A stretch of 64,000 bases of DNA from Camelus ferus (lineage: Eukaryota), in the NCBI RefSeq assembly GCF_009834535.1, contig NC_045720.1:620001-684000 (forward strand), read 5' to 3'. Both the position numbers and the translations under genes were made by a program. A model generated the notes under the pieces. The model saw only the letters and a list, made by a program, of their open reading frames with translations. It did no database searches and was not told the DNA's origin. Below, one piece after another: positions 1-11,682 of this stretch (positions within the stretch are counted from its first letter, which is position 1; each line of letters opens with the position of its first letter).

Positions 1-824
1 CCGTGACGAACGGTCACCTGGTACAAACTAACTCAGAAATGGCACAGAGGAAAGAATTAGTAAACAAGGATATTTAGACAATTAGTATAATTGAATTTCA
101 TATATTCAAGAAACCCCAGGAGAGACTGAACATGTTAATACAAAGAGGTTAAAGTAAATGATGGGGAAAGAAAAATGAGGCTGACACTAGTCATAAAAAG
201 CTAGAATGACTATATTAATAATAGACGNNNNNNNNNNNNNNNNNNNNNNNNNNNNNNNNNNNNNNNNNNNNNNNNNNNNNNNNNNNNNNNNNNNNNNNNN
301 NNNNNNNNNNNNNNNNNNNNNNNNNNNNNNNNNNNNNNNNNNNNNNNNNNNNNNNNAACTCCCTCTCTCTGTAATTGTTAGAACAAATGTACAGCAAACC
401 AGCAAGGGAAGACCTGAACAGTGCTGTCAACCAGCCTACTTGAGTCGTATTTACAGAACACTGCATTCATTATCAGTAGAACATGTATGTTCTTCCAAAA
501 GCACGTGAAGCATTTACCAAGACTGATCATATTTTGGGCAATAAAACAAGTCTCAATAAATTTAAAAGAATTCAAGTCATAGACAGAGTATGTTCTCTGA
601 CTACAGTGGAATTCAATTTGAAATCAGTAAGAGGAAGCTATCTGAGAACTCTCCAAGTATTTAGAAACTACTTAACATGTTTCAAAATAATGCATGAGTC
701 AAAAAAGAAAAAAAATTTTAAATAAGATTAGAAAGCATTTTGAAGGGAAAGAAAATGAAGACATATCAAAATTTGTGGGAAATTTATAGCACTAAATGTC
801 TGTATTAGGAAAGTAGAGTGACAT

Positions 825-1257
825 TGTGAATCTGAATAAAAGAAACCTCATTTAACAGGGAGCGGGGAGGCTCCCATGCATTACCGCTCCAGGCAAATTA
901 CAGACCCACAGGAAGAGACAGGACCTGCATTCCCAGCAGGCAGGTGTCTCCACTTTAGGCCTGGCAGGAGGAATATCTCTCCCTGCCCAGCAACAAGCCC
1001 AGACAATGGGAACCCTAGCAACTCAGAGAATGGAAAGCCATCACCATCCTAAATTCTCACTTCCCTCCAAAGGACTTTCTTCAAAGCAGCCCCTTCCAAC
1101 TTCCTCCTGCTCTCTATAAAGTGACTTTCTTTCCTTTGTTTGCTGGACTTGCCTATAGTTTTTGCTATAGCCTGGTTGTCACAGACTGAAATTCTCTGCT
1201 ACTCCCAAATAAACACATTTTGCTGGTAAAATAACTGTTTTTGTTTGAAGGTCAACA
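825..1257 (+). mobile_element. Solo LTR (ERV1-like) nested in the L1
   Basis: TG...CA termini, TATA-like ctataaag (~1114), AATAAA (~1208). Flanked by a 4-bp direct repeat ACAT (821-824, 1258-1261). L1 sequence resumes on both sides. Confidence 0.7.
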
Positions 1258-2523
1258 ACATCAACTTCCACCTGAAGAAACCAGACATTCAAATGAAGCA
1301 AAAGAAAAGAAATAATAAATATCATTATGTAAATTAAAGAAATAGAAAACAGAGAATAGAAAAAATCAAAGTACCAAAGTTTAGTTATTTGAGAAGATCC
1401 ATAAATTTGATAACCTCCAGCCTGACTGATCAAGAAAAAAAGAAAAAACAAATTACCAATCTTAAGAATGAGAACAGTGACATCATTACAGAGTCTACAG
1501 ATTTTAAAAGGATAATAAGAATATATTCTGAAAAACTTTTTGCCAGAAAATTGGACAACTTAAAATAGACAAGTCAATTATACCTCAAAAATTATAAAAA
1601 TTTAAAAGTAAAAGAAATAGGCAAGTTCCTCGAATGACAAACTACCAAAGCTCACTCAAGAAGTAATAGATAACCTAAACAGCCCTGTATCTAAGAAAGA
1701 AACTGAACTTATAGCTAAAAGCCTCCCCACAGAGAAAACCCCAGGGCTAGATGACTTCCCAGGGGAATTCCAGCAAACATTTAAGGAAGAAATAATACCA
1801 ACTCCACAAAAATTCTTACCGGAAAATTGAAAACAAGGAGCACTTACCAACGGATTCTTTAAGGCCAGCACTACTCTGATAACAAAACCAGACAAAGATA
1901 TTAAAAACAGTGAAAAATATAGACCAATATTCCTCATAGACACAAATGCAAAATTTCTTAACAATATTTTATCAAATCATATGCAAAAATATGTGAAACG
2001 ATAATACATTATGACCAAATGGGGTTTATCCCATGAACACAAAGTTGCTTGAGTATTTTTAAGCGCAGTCAATGTAAATCATATTAACAGACCAAAGAAG
2101 AAAAACCATATAATCATCTCAATAAATGCAAAATAAGCATGTGTCACGATCCAACATCTACTTATAATAAAAATGATCAGCAAACAGGAATAGAAGGGAA
2201 CTCCCACAACCCGATAAAGAGCACCTAAGGAAAACCTGAAGGGACGTCATCCTTAATGGTAAAAGACTAACTGCTACCCCTGCAAGATGGAGAACAAGGC
2301 AAGGATGTCTGCTCTCACCACTTCTATTCACTATCCTACTGGAGGCTCTAGCCTAGGCAATCAGGTAAGTATAAAATAATATAAGGCATTCAAATTGAAA
2401 AAGAGGAAAAACTGCTTTATTCACAGGTGATGTGATCACCTATGCAGAAAATCTGATGGAATCTACAACTGGAACCAGATCAGTAAGTCAGCTAGTGAGG
2501 TCACAGGATATAAACTTAATGTT

Positions 2524-2620
2524 AGGTGGAGGGTATAGCTCAGTGGTAGGGTGCATGCTTAGCACACACAAGGTCCTGTGCTCAATCCCCAGCACCTCCA
2601 TTTAAAAAATAATAATAATA
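2524..2620 (+). mobile_element. tRNA-derived SINE (camelid Vic-1-like)
   Basis: A-box tagctcagtgg, B-box-like tgctcaatcc, A-rich tail. Degenerate TSD aacttaatgtt/aagttaatatt. Confidence 0.85.
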
Positions 2621-3320
2621 AATGAAGTTAATATTCAAAAATCAATTGCATTTCCATATACTAACAACAATCAAAAATCGAACAAGCTGTACCCTTTGCC
2701 ATTGAGCAAAAATAATATGAAATATTTAGGGATAAATTTGACAAAAGATGGACAATACAGTAAAACTATCAAACCGCGCTAAGAGATATTAAAGAAAAGT
2801 TAAATAAATGGAGAAAAATACTGCGCAAGGATATCAATTCTTCCCAAGTGGATTTACAGACTGAATGCATTCCCAATCAAAATCCTAGCAGGCTTTTTGT
2901 AGAAATTGACAGAATGATTCTAAAATTCATACGGAAATGTAAAGGACCTAGAATAGCCAAGACAACTCTGAAGCAAAACAAGGCACAATTGGAGGACTTA
3001 TATTTGTAAGTCCTGACTCCAAGACTTATTAGACCAACTGATTTTCAACAAAAGTACAAAGGCGATTGAGTGCAGCAGGGACAGTCTTTCAACAAATAGT
3101 AGTGAACAACTGGATGTCCACACGCAGAAAGTAAACTCCAGTCTATAGCTCACACCATACACAAAATCTCAAATGATTCACAGACCTACATGCAGAACTT
3201 AAAACTATAAAACTTCCAGAAAGAAACAGAGAAGCAAGTCTCCATGACTGACACCAAAAGCAAAATCTACAAAAGAGAAACCTGATGAACTGAAATTCCT
3301 CCGAGAACTGCTCTTTGAAT

Positions 3321-3400
3321 ACACGGTGACGTGACAACTGGACAGTGACGGACACACGGTGACACGAGTGACAACTGAACAGTGACAGACACACGGTGAT
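3321..3400. repeat. Short imperfect tandem duplication (~2 copies of a ~38-bp unit)
   Basis: acacggtgac...gtgacaactg(g/a)acagtgac(g/a)gac repeated. Confidence 0.6.
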
Positions 3401-6400
3401 AAGCGGCAGGCCCTCCGTCGTCCCCCTCCTTGCCCCCTTCGACCCTTCCTACCGGGCAGCAGGTGGCCTGCTCCCTCACTGAGAGTCTCCCCTGGTGTCC
3501 ACCTCACCTAACCCTCACTCTCTGGCCACTTCCCCTGCGCTCATGCGCTGCTCTTTGTCACACGCAGGTCACATCATGCCCACCTCTGCGCAGCAGTCTC
3601 CACTGCTGCCCCCGGAATCCAGCCTCTGCCCACCAGCCTGCACGCTCATGCTCACCCCATCCTCAGTGCGGCGTAAAGCAAACAAAAGATAAAACAGGCA
3701 AGTCATTCATGACAGATGGACAAGAGGCGCATCTGTCTCATGTTAACACGCAAAGGGGCCCGTCCGCGTCAGCAAGATGCACAGCAACGCGGGCAGCGCG
3801 CAGGCACCGGGCTCTCCCTGCGTCCCCAGCGGAAGGCTTGGGCGGAGGCCCGGCACACAGCTGCCCTCCGCCGGCACCAGACGCCGCCTGTGCTGTGGAC
3901 CCACGCAGGTGGGGACAGCCAGTGGAGCCCAAATGGTCACTCTTCACGACAGGATCACCCACCTCCCGACACCCTCCTGCAGGAGGCCTCACGTGAGGGC
4001 AACAGCCATGTATGAACAACACTTACATCTACCAGGGATCTGGTTAGACTTTTTAAAAGACAAGCATGGGGAGAGGCGGTAGCCAGGGAAGTATCAGCCA
4101 CGGTGGAAGAGCTAGGCTTCACCGGTTCGATAAGAGTCCCTCTGTGGCCCCCGCCCGGACCAGGCAGTTGGTCTGTGGGCTTATGACACACCGGGGTGGC
4201 AGCACAGACCCTGCTCCCTGTGGAGCGGACAGACGAATCTGTGAGTGCTCCACAGGGGAAGGGGATGCAAAGAGAGGGAAGGGTCTGGAAGGCCCCCTGC
4301 CTCCCTCAGGAAGCACTTAGAGGTACCATCTCCTTTCACCTGCAGGGCCAGGCAGGTCTGAGAGCAGCTGTTAGCAGCTGGGAAGCAGTGGAGCAGGACT
4401 CAAGCAGGACTGGCTCCAAGCACTCCCTCCACGCCCGCCCATGATGCCCATGAGCACAGGTCACAGAGCAGGGTGACCGTACACACTGTAGGCCACCTCA
4501 GTCAGTCAGGAGGAGTGAGGAGTCAGTCCTCCTCACCTGTACTCAGTCAGCATTCACTCAACTGCACTGAACAAATGCCCACGTGCTGCCGCCCCAGCCC
4601 ACAGAGCCCCTGGCCTGAAAGGGCCATGCGTACAACAGCTGCCACATGGACGGGCACAGGCTGAGAAAGGTGCGGGGCCAACCTTACTGAGCTGGAGGGG
4701 TCAGAGACCACGAGGGCCACACCCCCAGCCCAGAGGCAGCCTGTCCAGAGGGTGTGTGAAGGGAAACTGGGAAGTCAGGACACCATGGGGGTCATAGGAA
4801 TGTCCCACCCAGGCACGAGGCCCAAACACGAGGCCCAGGGGCCTTCCCTTCCTAGCACAGGAGCCAAAGAATCAACTCCCAGAGTCACTGACAAAAACAG
4901 GGCAGATGACCAAGCAGACAGCCCACACAGCTCACAGTCCCTTGAGAATCCAGGTTCCCAACATAAGCCACACCAAGCTGTGTCCCCCCAACCAGGTGCC
5001 TCCAGTGAAGAGGGCACCTTCCTCATGACGTCCAGCAGCCAGCCTTCCCTGAGCACTGGCCAGGAGCCTTCCTGGAGTCCCTACCCGAGCAGATCAAGCA
5101 GCTCAGCTCCATGAAGGGGCTGATCACAGATGGGCAACAACCCAGCTGCTTCCCTGGGCCTCAGTGGACTCTGGGTCTGAACCAAGCGCAGACACCTGCT
5201 TCCAGGCATGTGAGCCAGCTGTGAACTTGAGAAAGCAAGCAAGTGCCCCACGGTTCCACCTCAGGTCCACCAGTGATCCTCAGCCCAGACGTTGGTTTCA
5301 AGGTAACTCCAGGTCAGCTCAATTCCAGGTCATTCCATGCTGTCACCAAGAGAGACCAAAAACGCATGCTCACTTGAGCCACAATAGCCGAGGCCTGGGA
5401 ACCAGGATCCTGCTGACAACAGCATCCCCAGGCCCCTTGGCTGTCTGGACCGCAGGGCAACTACATCACAATCACGCCACCGGCCAAGTGGCCCACAACT
5501 GATGCTTCTCAGGTGGGTCTCCTGGGGCCCCGTGCCTGCCAGCCCCCTCCATCTGGGCCATCATCACCACTCAACCCAAAGGCTCTAACACTCAATCCAC
5601 CAACTTCACCCCTGACTTCTCTCAGGTCCCCGCCTCACCTGCCTCTTTTCCTATGTCATCATGCCCCCAGCTACCTCGGTCCGAACTCAGCATCACTCCC
5701 TCCTGTTCCTCCGTCTCCCTCCCCACACCCTACAGTCACTCACTGACCACCTTCTTCTCCACCTCTACCTTCATCCCTTTCCAAAGTGGTCACTGCCCCC
5801 AGGACTGTCCCCTCAAAGCCAGCTTCCACCCTAATCCCACCTATCCCCCCACCCCAGACAGCCGCTCCAGCTTATACCCCCCCAGAACCCTCTGCCCCCA
5901 CACCCCCTTATGCCTCATTGCACTTGAGCTTATCAGTCACCCAGCCCCAACCCTGGCAAAGGGGACCCTCTTAAGTATGCAGGTTGGAACTGCCTGTGCA
6001 CACAGAGCCCTTTTCTCAGACCCCAACACTGCACTGCAGCTATGCTGGTGCTGCAGGAAAATCAGAACCCAAAATTGGGCCTAGGAGGCCAGGGACTGTG
6101 GGCCAGCCCTGGCCTAGCACCAGCTAGGTCTCACCTTGACTGAGGGCTGGACTTCCTGCAGCCCCTTCCAGCTTTACCACCTACATTACACGACCAGAAA
6201 TCCTTAGGACTTTGGACAAATTACCTCCCTGCTCTGGACTGCCTCCTTCTCTAATGTCAAAGAGAAAATGAGAAGAATACGACGGCCTCTGCTCTTTGGG
6301 ACTGTCGGGGTCTAGGCTTAGCTTCCCATGGAGGCAACCCCTGAAGTGCCTGCTGGGGGAGCAGGAACGTGGACCACACGCCTCCGGAAAGTGACAGGCA

Positions 6401-6599
6401 CTAGGACTGGCGACCCAGTGTCCCCCAGGGAGGGGGTGGGCACAGGGGACCAGGTACCTTGAGCCCCACCCTGGGAGGGGCAGGCGGGGCGGAGGGGTAG
6501 GGACGGGTAATCTGAGCCCCACCCTGGAAAGGGTTGGGCAGGGGGACTAGGCGCCCCGCGTCCCACCCTGGGAGGGGACGGACTCGGGGACCAGGCGTC

Positions 6600-7450
6600 A
6601 GGAAGAATGTGAGCGGCTAGGCTCCCAGGCCTCTCTTCCGGGTTGTGACGCGGCAGATCCCGCTCCGCGCGGGGCTGGACGCACCTGAGCCCAGGGAAGG
6701 GGCGGGCTCGGCCCCGCGACGCCGGGACCCTCCCTTTGCTCGCCGGGTGACCTTGGAGAGGCGCCCCCTGACTCGGCTTCCCCCGCGGCCTAGCCAAGGG
6801 GGCGGCCCAAGGGTCTGCGACCCAGGATCCCCCGAGGGGCACCTCCCCGAGGGAGCGCAGCCGTCCCCTGGCCCCCTGGCCCCGGCCCCCGGATCCCGAC
6901 CGCCGTTTACCTGAGGGGCCGCCGCAGTAGCTGCCGGGGCACCGCCCTCCCGCCTGCCGTGGACCGGGGCGGGCGGGGCCACGCGACGAGCCCGTCCCGC
7001 CGCCCTCCGCCAACCGCGGCCCGGCTTGCGGTAGTCCGGCCCCGCCCCAACCCGATCTCCGAGCTCATTGGTCGGAGGGGCCTCCCTCTCGGTCTCTCCG
7101 CCCCGCCCACCGAACCCAAGAGAGCCGGAGCGCGCAAACTCCACCTCGTGCTCGGCCCCGCCCCCGGCCGCCCAGTGACCCGCACACCTGACTGTTGGGC
7201 GCGAGGACCGCCGCCGTGTGGGCCGCAAGGCGGGACTGGCCACTGCGCAGGCGCGGGAGCAGCCCCCCCCCCCCACTTCCCATTCTGCTGTGTCCCGGTC
7301 CGGTCCGTCACTTACACTCCACGATCCCCGCACACAGACCCCGCGCCACACACCGGGGGACGCAATGGGGATGTGGGTTCCGCCCGCCAAGGCGCCCAAA
7401 GCAGGTCCCCTCGCAAACACATACCTGTCCAGGTACACAGGCCAGGTGCC
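6600..7450 (-). promoter_or_regulatory. CpG-island promoter, assigned to MROH1 by synteny
   Basis: CpG-dense. CCAAT on minus (cattgg ~7066), GC boxes, NRF1-like tgcgcaggcgcg (7244-7255). Confidence 0.7.
6911..7000 (-). other. MROH1: Probable non-coding first exon of MROH1 (5' end approximate; coding exons lie beyond position 1)
   Basis: Minus-strand donor cag|GTAAAC with GT at 6910-6909 inside the CpG island. Gene identity is from synteny only (next gene after TSSK5/HGH1); no MROH1 coding sequence was seen. Confidence 0.45.
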
Positions 7451-8000
7451 CCCAATCTGGACACACACGGGCTCTGTCATGCCCTCTATCTCTCACTCAT
7501 GAACACACGCCCTGAACACCCAACAAACATCCCAGGGACCCCGAGGCCACCGTGTCCTTGCAAACAGGTACACACGTGCACCCGGGAGGCACACGTTCAG
7601 TCTGCCAACAGGCCGTGGGAATGAAGATGAGCAGGTGTCTGCATTCTGGACCTTGGAATCTGGAGGAGGCAGATTATAAACAAGTAAACGACTAAAATAC
7701 ACATGAAGTGCTCTGAGGGGTCGCAGCTAGAGGCTGAGAAAGGCAGAAGCTGAGAGAGGAGCCCGAGTTGCGGGCAGAGACACACTGGCACGTGCAAAGT
7801 CCCAAGGCTGAAATTGCCTGGACATGTTTACAAACCAAAAAATCAAGGAGTGAGTGGTGTTTCCGAAGTTCAGGAAGTAAAAAGAGCGATTTGAGAAGAA
7901 GTGGTCGGCAGCACTAACAGATGTGTGCCACTTGCTGGGACTGCAGAGAGCTGTGGGCTGGGGTGCAAGGAGGCAAAGTAGGGGCACAAGTTTAAACACT

Positions 8001-8169
8001 GGGGCAGGAGGTTTTAGCTCAGTGGTAGAGTGCATGCTTAGCATGCACAAGGTCCTGGGCTCAATCCCCAGTACATCCCTTTAAAAAGAAGTAAATAAAT
8101 AAAAGTAAACCTAATTACTCCCCCCTCCCCCCCCAAAAAAAGACAATATAAAAAGTAAATAAATAAATA
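8001..8169 (+). mobile_element. tRNA-derived SINE (Vic-1-like, long-tail variant)
   Basis: tagctcagtggtagagtgcatgcttagcatgcacaaggtcctgggctcaatcccc. 8-bp TSD ttaaacac (7992-7999, 8170-8177). Confidence 0.9.
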
Positions 8170-10251
8170 TTAAACACCAGGGTAGGGTGGCAACTGAGTA
8201 GTGCCTGGGAGGTGGGGGCATTCTTTCACAGAGAAAGGCTTCAGCCTGTTTCTGTTGCAGGGATTCAGACCAAAAGAGAACTCGGATGGCGAAGAGAGTG
8301 CGGTCCTCAGCAGATGGCGTCTGGCCCCTCAGGAAGAGCCCCACCCCCACCCACCCCAGATTTCCCCACAGGCAGGAGGGGGAGGGGTGAGCCCAGGCAT
8401 GTGGAAGTTGCCAGGGAGGGAGGCAGGAGGCCTTTTCCAAGCTCACACCTGGACCTGGACGGCTCACTCTCCCTTAGTTCCCATGGCCAGCGCCTAGCAA
8501 GCCCAGCTGGCTGGCCCTGCCCCTCCCCAGCCTCAGCTCGATTTCTTCACCCGCCAAGCAAACAAGCTGCCCCAGCACAGGTCACAGCCGTCTTTGAACT
8601 TTGATTAAATTCTTAAGGCTAATCTCCCTTCCACAACGGCAAGCTCTGTGAGAGAAAGGCCCCTGTCTGTGATTTGCTCCCAAGGGCTCAGCACCAAGCC
8701 CAGTACTTGGCAGGCACTCAGTGAAGCTCCGTGAAGTAGCTGGATGAGCCAGGGTGCAGAGAAAGTGGAAGGTGGACAGAGCTGGTGATCATTCTGGATC
8801 CTGCCTGTCATCTGCCCAGGCAACAGTCACTGGCTTCCAGTTGTGTTCTGGTACTGGTGGGAGCCAGGAATGTGAGGGGGGCACAGCACAGACACCCTTG
8901 GCCGGAGCCACATGGTTTTCCCTTTTGCTGCTCCAGCTTGGACATGGCACTCTCCAGCCTAAGTAACACCTGAGTAACTATCCCAAGTTAAAGCCCCTCC
9001 GCTTGAAATACCTGGAGCGGTTTCTATTTTCCTAAACCTCAGGTCAGCAACAAACCAGTTTGTCCATATTGTCTATATTCCAGGCAACTTGCCAGAACGG
9101 GGCTATAGGGGAGCAAGGGAGCATCAAACGCAAGCCCGCTCTCAAGAAGCTCAAAATCCAGCGGGGATGAGATGTGTCTTACTCGTTCACGAGCGAGTAC
9201 TCTGAGGCTCTCCCTGCACTGGGAGTAATACCTCACCCACCGTGAATCCCAGGGGGACAAGCCAAGTTCACAGACCCTCCCAGGACAGCAGCCACAGCCA
9301 CTGTGCATCCAGCTCACAGAAGAGATACCATGAATTTGGGCCCCATGTGTGTCATCTGTAAAAGGGGTATCACTTGGTGGTGCTCAGATTTGAAATCCTG
9401 GGTGTGAACCGTCTACCACAGGACAGGCACATCGGGCGTAACTGTGAACAAAAGCAGACTGCAGGAGGGGCGGCTGCAGCTCCTAGGAACGCTTTGAACA
9501 GCACCCGGCCCATGGCAGGCACTCAGCAAACAGTAGGCGGCTACTCCCCAGCATAACAGCACCCACAGGACTCCAGGGCCCAGGAGACAGGAGGGGACAT
9601 GTTGGCTCCTCTCTCCTGGAGCTGGAGGGTTGAGGTAGGCCCTTGCAGATCTTTGCTTGCCTGGGGAAATGTCATCAAGTGTGCAGAGAGCTCTAGGGGA
9701 AAGCCTGAGCAGAAGCTTTAGTCCCCAGCAGAGGAAGGCTGAGTGGCTCCCCCACATGCCAGCTTCTTTGAAGGCCTTTTATGGCCAGCCAGGGTGGCCC
9801 AAGAGGCCTTACCCTGGCTCTAGCCCTTAGGGTTCTCATCCTACCAAGTGGGACCCATGCAGGGCAGGAATGGTTCCAGCAAGATGTCTTTAGAGCAGGC
9901 AAGTCCTGGGGGACAGGACAGCCCCTTCAAGGGCACAATGCAGGTATGGCTCTAGAACCTGCCCCTGCTTTCCCAGACCCTGCCCTCTCCCACGCCAGTT
10001 CATGCTTGTGTAGCTGGGTTAGCCTCCCATCCTGAGCTCTCAGCCCCGGTCACTCTCCCGTCTGAGCCCCAGTCCCAGCAAGAATTCAGAAACTGGGCAG
10101 CAGCCTTGAGGGGGCGCAACTGGCCTCCTGCAGCCCCATCACCCCTGCCCCTCTAACACAAGTTAGGCCTCAGCCGTGCCTCCCAACCCCCTCCCCAAGA
10201 CCCTGCAGTGAACTGGACGGCCCCACCCTCTTCTGCAGTGCCCTGCCCTCC

Positions 10252-11673
10252 ATGAAGGGCAGTGGCAGCAAAAACCGGACTAGAAAACCTTCATGGAGCA
10301 GGTGCGTGAATGCAGGGACAAGGGCTACCTGCTCTCCTCCAAGAAGAATGGCTCTGGGGCCTTCCCCAAAGTCTGCCCGACCTATGCCATGTGAGAGCAC
10401 ATGTGGCACAACTCAAAGCTGGCCTCTAACCTGCGACGCAAACACTGTACCATGGTGAGGTCGGCCTGCCTCCTCCCCATGGGCCCCGCCTCCAGCCCAG
10501 CCCCAGTGGCCCCTGTCCTAACTCCACTCAGGCACCCCTCAGGGCCTCTGGCTCCCTCCTGGTCCCACAACCTCCCTGAGGGCCAAGCCTCCTGCAGGCT
10601 GATCACTCCCAGTTTCCAGACGCCCTGAACATATAAGTTCTTGGATGAGGGGGGTCAGCGCTGGCCCCCAGAGATGCTGCCAACCCTACCTGGCCCAGCC
10701 AAGTTCCACAGTGAGCACAAAGAACAGAGGCCCCTCACGCCGCATCCTGCCCCGAGGGGCTGTGGTCTCCCCACAGGGGCCACCCCCAACCCCTGCAAGC
10801 AGCTATCAAGGCCACCTCCACCTCTGAGGCCCCACAGGCTCTCCCGCTAGTTCCTGCCCGTGAGATCCTGTCACTCAGTGTTGCCTACAAGCACCTAAAT
10901 GTGGTGGAAGGGACCCCGGGGCCAACCTGTCCCCATCCTGCCCACTCCAGGCTTGCACCCTTCCCCACCAGGGACCGTTATGCTCAGGCCCAACCCCATC
11001 CTGAGACCCCAGTCCAGTGCCTGGACAGCCCCTCCTTGGGACAATAGCAGGTGCAGGTGGGTGGGAGTCTGGCAGGTGCAAGAGACCTGCCAGAACAGCC
11101 AGCGCTCCTACTTGATGCTGAGTGCCAGGACCCCATCCGAGGCCTGCTCCAGCTGCAGCCCCAAGTGCACCTGGGCCTGCAGCAGGTGGCTAAGCACCAC
11201 GCACGCACTCTTCTGCACCCTGCTCGGTTTGTACCAGGTGTGACAGGCCCACGAGGGTGGGCAGGTGGGCAGCTCCTCAGCACCTCCTGCGCCCCACCCA
11301 CCACCATCTGACGGTCCCACTGCAATTGGTTGCAGAGAAGCTGGAGGAGTCTCAGCTCTCAGCGTCCCTGGATAACACGGAGCCCAGCTCAGACTCAGAT
11401 GCCCCAAGGCCCCTCCTGCAACTGCGGCGTCTGCAGCAACAGGGCGCCCTACCCAATGGCACCTCCGTGCCTGAGCACCCTGGGGCTCGCCCCAGACGAG
11501 GTGCGGGCTCTGCCGGGCTGGTGCTCTGGGGCTTGGAGGCCAGTCATGGGGCGCAGCGGGGTAGGTCCCTCCGGCATCGCTGTTGCTGTGCTCCGTGTCT
11601 GCCACCCAGAGCCTGCCTGGGCACCACCTGTTAACCGAGGGTGTGCAGGCAGGCCGGGGTGAGGCCAGATAAA
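10252..11673 (+). pseudogene. TSSK5: Unitary pseudogene of testis-specific serine kinase 5
   Basis: Exon remnants 10252-10454 (MKGSG.. / KTFMEQVRECRDKGYLLSSKKNGSGAFPKV..HNSKLASNLR), 10799-10903 (AAIK..REILSLSVAYKHLNV), 11076-11237 (VQETCQNSQRSYLML joined to ECQDPIRGLLQLQ..LGLQQVA) and 11336-~11673 (LDNTEP). Matches recalled TSSK5 orthologues and the syntenic position. Frameshift, stops at 10281, 10392 and 10848, no HRD or DFG motifs. Confidence 0.9.
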
Positions 11674-11676
11674 GCG

Positions 11677-11682
11677 TTTATT
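11677..11682 (-). terminator. AATAAA polyadenylation signal of HGH1
   Basis: tttatt on plus strand ~1.3 kb downstream of the HGH1 stop codon. Confidence 0.7.

Larger units (their letters stand above)
1..3320 (+). mobile_element. Old degenerate LINE-1 (ORF1 end, ORF2 endonuclease/RT region), probably intronic to MROH1
   Basis: A-rich sense strand with L1 ORF2-like segments (e.g. gaccaaatggggtttatccca ~2012, aatgcattcccaatcaaaatcctagcaggc ~2865). No intact ORF. Interrupted by an N gap (228-356), an LTR and a SINE. Confidence 0.85.

Noticed and set aside
228-356. N-runs (228-356, 44220-44347, 58066-58250) and the X-containing ORFs over them
   Set aside because: Assembly gaps or masking, all inside L1 sequence. 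The ORFs are artefacts of unknown bases, and true element lengths there are unknown.
2524-2600. tRNA-like sequences with A and B boxes as tRNA genes (also 8001, 42841, 45791, 48539)
   Set aside because: Divergent copies with poly-A tails and TSDs and no consistent cloverleaf or anticodon arm; they are SINEs.
4021-4130. Possible internal MROH1 5'UTR exon ending at a GTAAGT donor (4026)
   Set aside because: Good donor but no convincing acceptor and no recognisable MROH1 coding sequence.
6318-7624. Long overlapping ORFs (231, 287 and 221 aa) over the MROH1 CpG island
   Set aside because: Pro/Gly/Arg/Ala-rich low-complexity translations expected from stop-poor GC-rich DNA; no recognisable domain.
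10392-10394. TGA in TSSK5 as selenocysteine or read-through
   Set aside because: Accompanied by a frameshift, two TAG stops and loss of the catalytic core; most simply a CGA>TGA CpG decay.
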